Shown here: positions 53,771 through 64,000 of the stretch, piece by piece
Layout: the number at the start of each line of letters is the position of its first letter
Numbering within the stretch: position 1 is the first letter of the stretch
Assembly: GCA_964016885.1 (NCBI GenBank)
Contig: OZ024740.1
Coordinates: 140,244,001-140,308,000 of the forward strand
Direction: 5' to 3'
Length of the DNA stretch: 64,000 nucleotides
Source: Eledone cirrhosa
Lineage: Eukaryota
The notes under the pieces: generated by a model
Seen by the model: the letters and a program-made list of their open reading frames with translations, nothing else
Database searches by the model: none
Told to the model about the DNA's origin: nothing
Made by a program: the position numbers and the translations under genes

Positions 53771-54101
53771 AATATTCTATGTCTATATTCACATATATAT
53801 CGCTATTTCAGAGCATTTATTCCAATTTCTAATTTCTGCCGGACCGGCAACCGCTCTTTCAAACCAGTTCCTGTACACAGCTAAGTATTCTATAAGTCTC
53901 TAGCTGTGTCATTCTCGATAAAAGCACTGGATATGTAGTCCTGATGAATTCTAACAAGAATGAAACGCGTAGATTACTTCCCTTGCTTTTATCGAGAATC
54001 TAATTGTAATACGTGACGTATTCTATTCTATAGCGATTAGGTCTTCAAAATGTTTATTATAAACATACAGAATATTTTCGAATATTCTATGTCTATATTC
54101 A
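53771..54101 (+). repeat. Inverted terminal copy (~1.07 units) of the 310-bp monomer
   Basis: Exact reverse complement of the array unit, followed by (TA)n. Confidence 0.93.
53911..53999 (+). ncRNA. Type-I hammerhead ribozyme in the inverted unit
   Basis: CTGATGA at 53941-53947, GAAA at 53962-53965 and GTA at 53969-53971. Confidence 0.88.
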
Positions 54102-54446
54102 TATATATATATATATACATATACAATGATATTAAATAAATGGAAACTATATTTATAAAACCATATTTATTCAATTATATATATTTCAAGGGTACCAACA
54201 TTTTGGTACGTTATCATCAGATAAAATACAAAATGTTTTATAAATATTTGACATGACCAAGGATAATATACCTTAACGGTTCAAGTTATCCCTGGAAAGT
54301 GAAGGGAAGAGAGAAAACAGATATTTAAAATTATTAATATGAGTATGCATTGAATATTTACCCCAGAAAGCTGTCGAGTGCTCTGAATCAGTTACAAACA
54401 TTTATATTTATTTGTCGTATTTCCAACAAATTAAATATCCCTTCTA

Positions 54447-54516
<70 letters not shown>

Positions 54517-55361
54517 TTACACGCGTGTGTGGTTTCTCATATCTACGTACATATTAATCCACACACAAATATATGAACATTTATATATGTGTGTGTGATC
54601 TAGATGTATGCGTGTTTTTGTGTGTCAGTGCGTGTATATGTGCGTATGGGTGTATATAACAATAATAACACTGGTGGTGGGAGGCGGTTTCATTGTTGTT
54701 GTTGTCGCTAAGATGGTTATATGTCGTGTAAGTTTGGTATATTCCAGCTATGACTTGGGACACACTGGTGTTGAGTAAAGAGAACCCAGGTTGCTTGGCC
54801 CATTGATTCTGCCGTCCACTCCTCTTTATAATAAAAATGACAACAATAACAAGAGGAAACATTTCGTGGTCCCCTAATCTGCTAGAAATTATAACCAATT
54901 CTCCATTACACCATACACTACTACTGTCTTTAAAACAAAACATACATTGAAGAATGCAGTTCTAGATATACAAAAAAAAAATCAGGATAACTATGACTGG
55001 AAAACTTTTGATTATAGCTCTGCTCTCATCAAGAGCTGACATGGGACTAAACAACAACAGCCACAACAGGTTTTAATATGGTAGCGGATTGTAGGTTCGT
55101 AAAATGTTGAAGTGAATACTTTGACTTTCGTTCCGACTTTGTGTCCTGAGTTTATGTCTCACCGAGGTCAATTTTATCTTTCATCCTTCGAGGTCAATAA
55201 AGTACCAGTCTCGTACTGGGCCGATTCTTCCTCTGACTCTCTTTCTCGACTTTTTAGGTTGAATTGATGAAAATGTGATGCGATAATATTCTGAGTTCGA
55301 GCCCATCATTCTCCATCACCTGTCACTGTACATAGGGTGTACATCGGATTTAACAGATGCA

Positions 55362-55522
55362 AGGCAGCGAATTGACAGAGTCGTTAGAACGTCGGACAGA
55401 ATGGTTTGATGTATTCGTTCCGGCTCACTGCTCTCTGAGTTCAAATCCCGCCGAGGTCAACTTTGCGTTTCATCCTTTCGAGGCCGATTAAAAAAAGTAC
55501 CAGTCTAGTACTGGGGTCGAAT
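55362..55522 (+). mobile_element. SINE family A copy
   Basis: gagttcaaatcccgccgaggtcaactttgcgtttcatcctttcgagg..gtaccag. A further degenerate copy lies at ~55120-55225. Confidence 0.65.
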
Positions 55523-56945
55523 CTTCCTCTATATCTTTTTTCTCATTTCCTCTCTCTCACTTTCAATCTTTCTCTGGAAGAAATCTGCTGTACTCAGGCC
55601 AGGAGAGGGATGGGCTCTGCCAAGCTTAAAATACCCAAGAAATGCCGTATGTTAATACGCCACCCCTACGTCTCTATCAGGAGTTACGGGACCATACATA
55701 CACACATAACAGATGCGTACTGTTACATCGAGGACTACTTAGATTTTTTATACCAAATCGCCTATAACCAGCCTTGGTTCTACGACACAAAACAATTTAC
55801 TTTGAAGTGTTTTATTTTAAAACATTTATCATAGTTTTATGTAAAAACCTTTATGTTCCAAATATCTTCTGTTCCAAATATCTAATGATGATAAAGTTAG
55901 TTATATTAGTTAATCTCTCAAAATTCTTAATTGATTTTTTAATGATTTGAAAATCACAGGCATTGCCTTTCATTAGAAACATGGTATCGAAAGGGTTAAT
56001 ATGAGGATGTGTTGGATACAGACGAGTTGAACGCCGATTATTGGTGAAACGTCACCAGACAACTAAGATTCTGATTGGTTGACTCTTGTTGTAACCTTTC
56101 TGAACTCTCGTATTTCAATCCAATTTTTGTTTATATTTATATTTCTACCACCAGCGTCACCAACATTACCACCATCATACCACCACCATCACCACCACTA
56201 CCACCATCACCACCACTACCACCATCACCACCACTACCACCATCACCACCAACACTACCACCACCACCACCACTACCACCATCTTACCACCACCACCACC
56301 ATCACCACCACTACCACCACCGCCACTTCCACCATCGCCATCACCACCACCATTAACACCATCGTACCACCACCACCACCATAACCACCCCTACCACCAT
56401 CTCCATCGCCACCACCACTACCATTACCTCCTCAATTCCATCATCGCCACCGCCTTACTAACAGATCACTCGCACCAGCCACCACCACCACAACAACCAC
56501 TCAATATCATTTTTTGGTATCTGTTTTATCTAAAAACTGAGTGGTTATAAATACAATAACAACAACAACAGCATGACAACAAAACTGTTTCAATATCAGA
56601 TTTCCTGTTAATATTTAGATATGAAGACAGTCAACCGATGCTCAGTGAAAATGTATACTGTTTTTAAAATGTCTCGGTACTTCTAGTACATATGCCCACA
56701 CATCAGTGAAGGTCTCGGGCAGCTGTCCACCGCCTACTCCTGTATATATTGTTCAGACAAGTATGCTCTAACTCTCCTAACACACTTATCCCGTGTCGAT
56801 TTTTGTTGCTCTTTTTAGGGCATGAATTTTTTTTTCTTTTCGGTTTGCAATGTTTGCATTATCGATTTATTCCATGTTTTCGTTTATTTTTCTGAAGAAG
56901 AAGAAGAAGAAGAAGAAGAAGAAGAAGAAGAAGAAGAAGAAGAAG

Positions 56946-56995
<50 letters not shown>

Positions 56996-57732
56996 CTACA
57001 ACAACAAAAAGTCACTACGTGGTTTCTCAATCTGTTAGAAATGACAACCAAATTTTTTTTCAAATCACTCCCTACCGTCATAAAAATTGAAGGGACACAT
57101 TAAATAATGTAATTTCTGATGCATAAAAAGAGCGAAGAGGTGATCATAGCTGAAACACCTTTGATTCTCTGTCAGAATGATCAGATCCGACTTGGGGTTA
57201 AACAGCAACAACAATATTAACTCTGTCACTTGATCTCGTATGTGACTCTTCCCATATTTAAACCTCTCACCTTTCAATGACATCAATCAATGAAGGACTT
57301 GTTGACACGATTCTTTCCAGTTAAAAATATAAAATATTTCTGTCATATTTATAATTTGTTCTTTTAAATATATTACAAATGTTTCTTCTTCTTCTGTTGT
57401 TGTTGTTATGATGATGATGATGGTGGTGATGATGATGGTGGTGATGATGGTGGTGGTGGTGGTGATGGTGGTGATGATGGTGGTGATGATGCTGTTGTAG
57501 ATAATCAATTTGCCGATGTTATTGTTGATACTATTGTTGATACTATTACTGTTGTTGTGATTATTGTTGTTGTTGCTGTTGTTTTTGCAATTGTTATTGC
57601 TGTTCATGTTGTTGCCACTGTTGTTACCCTTGTTGTTGTTGTTACCCTTGTTGTTGTTGTTACCCTTGTTGTTGTTGTTGCCATTGTTGTTGTTCTTACT
57701 ATTTCCGCTATTATTATTATTGCTGTTGCTAG

Positions 57733-57950
57733 GTCGGTAGATTGGCAATATCAGTAGAGAGTCGGACGCCATGTTTTGCAGCATAGAGTTATGGCCCTTT
57801 ATGATCTGAGTTCATATCCAGCCGAGGTTCACTTTGCCTTTCATCCTCACGGGGTCGATAAAACAAAGTACCAGTCACGCACTGGGGTCAATTTAATCGA
57901 CTTTCCCCTGCCCCAAAATTGCTGGCCTTGTGCCTATATAAGAAACCATT
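57733..57950 (+). mobile_element. SINE family A, near full-length copy
   Basis: attggcaatatcagtagagagtcggac...gagttcatatcc...gcctttcatcctcacggggtcgataaaa...ggccttgtgcctatataagaaacc with a (ATT)n tail. Minus-strand fragments lie at ~58135-58300 and ~58505-58620. Confidence 0.72.
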
Positions 57951-57978
57951 ATTATTGCTGTTGCTATTGCCACTGTTG

Positions 57979-58010
<32 letters not shown>

Positions 58011-60527
58011 GGTGGTGGTGGTGGTACTTAGACATTGTAAACCGAGGGCAATATTATCAGGTATGATCAGGTATGGAATTACGATTAAGATAGAGAGCAG
58101 AGGAATTCGTTATTAAATATTATTGTTGATAATAATGGTTTCTACAAAGTTAACCTCGACAGGATTGGAACTCAGAACGTAAAGGGTCGTAACTATATGC
58201 CGCAAAGCTTGTTGTCCGACGCTCTATTGTTGGTAATAATGATTTCAAATTTAGGCACAAGGCCAGCAATTTGGAAAAAAAGATCGTTTAGATTGATCCC
58301 AATACTTATATGTATAGGACTGTAACTCCTCGTTGGTAGTGGCGTGTATTCCGGTCTTGGATCATTTAAACTTGGCGGAGCCTATCCCCTCTCCAAGTCT
58401 GAACACAGCCGATTTCTTCCAGAGAATACGAGAAAGAGAGGGAGGGGGGAAGAGAGAGAGAAAGAGAGAAGAAGTGAGAAAGAGATATATAGAGAAAGAA
58501 TTGACTTGACTGGTACTTTATTTATCGATCCCGGAAGGATTAAAGGCAGAGTTGACCTTGGTGAGATTTGAACTCAGAACGTAACGAGCCGGGACAAATA
58601 TTGCACAGCGCTTGTCCTGACTCCCTAATCCATCACTACGCGTGTTGTTAATGATAATACAAATGTACTGTTGATAGTGGTAGTTGTAGTGTAATGATGG
58701 ATAATAGTTGATTGTGATGGATGTGAAGGAGATGTGGGAGGGGGTAGTGGCGTTTTAGATGGTGGTGCAGGATTGTAATGGTAATGATGGGAGTAATGGT
58801 AGGGGCTTTAGTGGTGTTGGTGATAATGGTGAATGTAGAAGTTATGATCTATTGACGTGAGTAATAGTACAATGGTAGTGTTCATATGGCTGCAATGGTG
58901 GTGGTGTGGTGGTGTGATGGTGGTGGGGAGGAGTTGTTGCGATGGTTGTGTTTTCGATAGTAACAGTGATGCTAGTTGTGATAGTACTGGTAGTGGTGGA
59001 GGTGGTGGTGGCGGCGATGGTGTCATTAGTGGTGATTGTTTGAGACAGTGATGGCCGTAATGGTAACGGCAGCGGCGGCAGTAGTGGTGGTGGTAGTTCT
59101 TTTGTGGCGGTCATAGTGCCAGCTTCATAGATTTTTTAGGGGAATGTGAGAGGAGGTATGGTGGTTGTTGTGACGTTCATGCCTTCCTTTCCACAAAGAA
59201 CGTTAACTGAGTTAAGGGGGAAATATGCTATAACCGGATAATTGAATTCCAAACTCTATGTTGCCATTTTCAGTACACACTGAGGAATATTTGAAAGCTT
59301 AACCCCGTTTTTGTGGGGTAGGGGGCTATGTTGTTAGTCACTGAGATCGATAAATCGATAAATCAATAAATAAAAACAAAGAGGCAGCTATATATATATA
59401 TATACACACACACAATACATACACACACGCACACACAAATATATAAAGCTATAGCTGGCGAGGGAGAAAAGAGGAGAGGGGAAAGAGAGAGGGTGAAAGT
59501 GAAGGAAAAAGTACAATGTGAAAACTTTGAAAAACAAAAACAAAAACAAAAATAGGCTGTTGGCTAGGACCCTACTTCTTTACAAATAACCCGTCATTCG
59601 CATTCAATCGATATGCTAGAAATAGCACTTACATTTCCCTTAAATCACACTCTACCATCTTAAAACAAAGGACACATTGGATAATATTGTCCTAGATACA
59701 CTATGCCAAAATGAAAGACAGGATTGTTACAGCTTGAATGACTTTGATCAAAGATCTACGGAGCATAGAACTGACCTGCTGTTAAACAACAACAGCAGGC
59801 CAGTGATAGAAAGACTTTATGCAGTTACACGGCTTGCTAGAGATAACAACCAAATCATTCTCATAACACAGCCTCCTCCTTTAGCTCCTTTTGCTCCCCC
59901 ATGGGGCATAGGGCAACAAGAGACTGCCATTCGGCACAGTTATATATCCTGTTACGTACCTGTCCCCACGTCAGACATCAACCAGTTCTTGGCGTATCTG
60001 TCGTGCTTGTCGTGCCTCCAATGTATATACGACAGGCTTCTGCAGTTTCTGTCAATCAAATTTCACTCACAAGTCATTGTTAAGCCTGAGACTATAGTAG
60101 AAAACACTTGCTCAAGGAACCACGCTGTGGGAAATGAACCCTAAACCACATGGTTGTGAGGCAAAATCCTTAACCATACAGAAGCTGTTTGTGCATATTT
60201 TTCAAGTAAAGTTTACACAGTCAGAGGACCAGTGGGAAAATGGAAGTAAGCCAATTTTGTTTATCAAAATGCAAATTTGTCAACAGATTCAGGAACTGCC
60301 GAAACAGATCCACAGTCTCCACCCCCTATCACACATCACTACTGGTTTATTTAGGATCATAGTGTCCAATAAGACAGCTAAACGTTGTCCTGGAGTACAT
60401 TACAAGACGAAAACAAAACAGAACTTACGTGAAATTACGAGTACATGGCGAGGACAAAATACGTAATTTAATGTTCGATATTTAAATCGAACAGTGATAT
60501 ACAAGTACTTTCAAAAATCGGTTATGG

Positions 60528-60715
60528 TTAGGGTCGTGGGGGCATAGTCCTCAAACACTCCTTCCAGCGGGTCCTGTCAGAAGCAACTATCTCCAACTGA
60601 TCCGGCTGAATCCCCAAGCGGGACCAGCCAAGCTCATGGATGTTATCCAACCATCTTACTCGGGGTCTACCCCTGGGTCTCCTGTCGGTTGGTTTTCTCG
60701 TCAAATCTGTCCTGC
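60528..60715 (-). mobile_element. RTE LINE 3' fragment
   Basis: KPTDRRPRGRPRVRWLDNIHELGWSRLGIQPDQLEIVASDRTRWKECL. Confidence 0.72.
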
Positions 60716-60937
60716 CAGATTTAAATACCGCAGGAGTTAAGAGATTCATGGACATGAACAGATTATATTTTTTAATAACCAATATATTAGTCTAATTCAG
60801 ATGAGAATAATACTTTCAAGAAATGAATGACAAACTATAAAGAAATCATCAACATAGCTGAACACTTATCAGTCATTCCTCTCTATTCGTTTGTATTTCA
60901 AATTTTCCCCTTTGTCAGATGCTGTATTACACACACA

Positions 60938-61066
<129 letters not shown>

Positions 61067-62094
61067 CCCTTCTCTTTATTTTATTGACGAAAGTCTGTTT
61101 ATATTTCCTTTCTTACGGCGTTACCATTTGCATTACTTGTGTGCAGCATATCCTGTTCTGTTTCCAGTCGTAAGACTTTTTATTGACATTTGCTTACGTA
61201 CTCGCTTTGCTGTCCTATGGAAAGACATACATTTTCCCAGCGGCTTTTGTTTTTAAGCCCTCGTGCAACATTGTTCCAATATTATACATTACCATCCTTG
61301 TGTACGAAATTACATGGCCTAGTGGGTAGCGTATGAGAAAGGGGTTGCTTTTGTTCTTTTTTTCTCACATATTTGTTTGTTTTTTCTTCATGTGTAAATC
61401 TGCTATTTATTACTACACGCTCATTCTTAGGTTATTAATTTTTTTTTTTACTGATTTCAGTCATTATATTGCGGTCATGCTGGAGCAGTGCCTTAAAGGT
61501 ATATAATCCTTCATATATACTACAGTACCAGTACTTTTTTTGCAAATCTGGTACTTATTTTGTCGAACCACGGGACATAAAGATAGACACAAACGTAAGC
61601 ATAGACACGAAGACATACATATATGCACATATAATACATATTATATACGACTAGTTTCTACACTTTCCGTCAACCAAATTCCACTCACAAGGCACTGGTC
61701 GACACGAAGCTATGGTAGAAAATATCTCCCCAAGATACTGTACTGCGCAACTGAACACGAAACCACATAGCTTCGAAGCAAACTCCTTAAAATCTTATCG
61801 AATGTCTATCAAGATACCCGAATCTTTCGGATCGATTTACCGAATGCTTCTAAAATATTTTCCAATGCTTCATTTCCTTCTATTATTGACAATTATGTTT
61901 TGTCGTCTTTACATCTGTGTCTTTACATCTGTGTCTTTACACAATATCATATCAATATAGAAAATTTTAGAAAAGGAGTCAAATGAAAAAAAGAACAAAA
62001 AAAAACAAAGAAAAGATTTTTTAAATGTAGGGAGAAATCATTGATTGAGGAGATATTTGACGTGTAGTGGTGGTATGTGACGTAGTGCCTTTGT

Positions 62095-62225
62095 GATTAT
62101 ATATGGCGTATTGTGGTTATATATGACGTATGTAGTTATATATGACGTATTGTAGTTATATATGACGTATTGTAGTTATATATGACGTATTGTAGTTATA
62201 TATGACGTATTGTGGTAGTATATGA
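62095..62225. repeat. 20-bp minisatellite (tatatgacgtattgtagtta)n, degenerating to ~62540
   Basis: About 6 tandem copies, then diverged copies. Confidence 0.75.
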
Positions 62226-63028
62226 TATATGCAGTGATATATGGTGTAGTGTGTTATATGACTTATTATGGTATATTAAGCTTTGCAGTATATGATATAT
62301 TGTTATACATAATGCATTGTGGTGATATATAACATAATGTGGTAATATTTGACGTAGTATGGTATGTCATATATGATAGTGTATGAGGTATATGACATAC
62401 TGTGCTAATATATAACATATTGTGGGAATGTAAAGCGTAATGTATAGCGTATGGTATATGATATATTGTGGTGTGTGATATATTGATATATTTTATTGTA
62501 TTAGGTAAATGATGGATTGTGGTTTATGACGTATTATATAATAACAAGATCACGTGTTGGACATCCGTCGGTTCAGACGATGAGCGTCTTAGATGTAGGA
62601 ATAACAGAACAGCCTGCTCGTGAAATTAACGTGTGAATAGGTGAGCACTCCATATACATGTTTTCAGGGAGATTCAGCGTGACATTATGTGACATGGTTG
62701 ACCCTTTGAATAACATATAGCAAGTTGAGTAGATTGGAGTAACGTGAAATAAATTGTTATTCTGAAGTACATAATGCGCTGCTGAGAATCGAGCTTACGG
62801 TCATCAGCCGAAAACTCTAACCACTATACCAGGCTTTTCATGGTATTAACAACTGCTGCATCAACAACGATAGTAGAAATAGTAGAAATAACAAATAACA
62901 ACAAACTCATTAATCCTGATTAAGTGTGAGAAGAAAATGCCTGACAATGAAAACAATCGAGAGTCTTATACAACATTATTTTTGGCAATAATACTTTCCG
63001 ATAAAACTTCAAATTAATTTATTTCGTT

Positions 63029-64000
63029 ATGACTCAAGAAACAACACCAACAACATCAACAACTCCCCCCACCATCACCACCACTACAAAAAACATTGTG
63101 ACAAATAATAGCAACAACATAAAGAACAAAAACAACACCAGGGACAACATGAACGCCAACAACAAAAGCGGGGACCAAAGCAACAATAACAACAGCAACA
63201 AAACCATGGAAAAAATGAATTACACCAACAACAGTACAACAACAAAAACGTTTTGGGACATCGTAAATGCAAATTTTAAAAAATGCTTCCATCAACACTG
63301 GAAAACAAAAACTCTGAATTGGCTCAAGCCAAAAAGATAATAAAATTTGAAGGTAGGAAGGCAGTAGTAATGGTGCCACCCTAAATAGTAGCAGAAATGG
63401 GGAGAACGGCCTCCTATGTACTCGGCGAGCCGAACCTGCTACAGTTACTCAAGTAGAAGGGGGCACTAAAAGACCTAATAGCAGATATGGCCCACGTACA
63501 AAGAGCAAGACAGTTCGCCAGCGTCGAGGTCGTCTTTAAAAGTAAGGACCTCACACGAAAACATTCGATAGTCTCCTGTTTGAGTGAGGAGTTCGTCCTT
63601 TATCCAACCTACCTTTGAAGAACTGTCAGGTTGAGAATACCAGGTATTCTGCTAGGCGTAAAAGTCTGGTGGATCTTGGTTTGCGTTGTCCTCGGGAATC
63701 CGTACACACTCCTCAAGGTTAAACGCAGCGAAATAAAAAAATTGGTCTGGATAGACATGGAGATTTTGCTTCAGGTGAAGCGAGACTAAATAGAAAAGAT
63801 ACCAGCCCTAATACAGCTGCCCAACGGAGTAGACCTCTGAATAAATATCGAAGGGAAAGTTAAAATGCCATTTGTATGGATCCACAAGCCACCCAAGAGC
63901 TTTCTGCCCACAAAAATTAGGAAACCACTGGCCATTGCTACTACCAACACCCCGACCTCAACAGAAGCAACAACAACGACAGTAAGCCACTCCTGCAGCA
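63029..64000 (+). pseudogene. Decayed ORF1 of a divergent relative of the L1/Tx1 element (runs off window end)
   Basis: An Asn/Thr-rich start is followed by LKDLIADMAHVQ..LYPTYL*..KVWWIL..IEKIP..INIEG and, after a frameshift, CHLYGSTSHPRAFCPQ. These align in order with copy A ORF1 LKDVMKDITFIQ..FYPTYMG..DIWWVL..IAQIP..ITVEG..CHLCGTRGHLRAVCPQ. Confidence 0.75.

Overview
This is eukaryotic, AT-rich DNA saturated with microsatellites. The SINE and microsatellite profile suggests a cephalopod (Octopus-like) genome, which is an inference. No host protein-coding exon could be supported, and almost all supplied ORFs are simple-repeat translations. Main content: (1) A ~7.4 kb array at 46663-54101 of ~23 apparently identical 310-bp units plus one inverted terminal unit, set between (TA)n tracts. 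Every unit carries a minimal type-I hammerhead ribozyme (CUGAUGA / stem II / GAAA / palindromic stem III / GUA cleavage site, with a long stem I). It looks like a retrozyme-like, circRNA-producing satellite. (2) Three head-to-tail copies of an L1/Tx1-clade LINE at 22156-32472: one near-intact, one 5'-truncated and one a 3'-UTR stub. Each is flanked on both sides by (GATA)n, suggesting microsatellite target specificity. A divergent, decayed ORF1 relative lies at the window end. (3) Several more hammerhead-like motifs and fold-back remnants typical of Penelope-like elements (PLEs), plus PLE RT and GIY-YIG fragments. (4) An internally deleted Helitron, RTE LINE fragments, two tRNA-derived SINE families, a hAT-like MITE and a 33-bp minisatellite.
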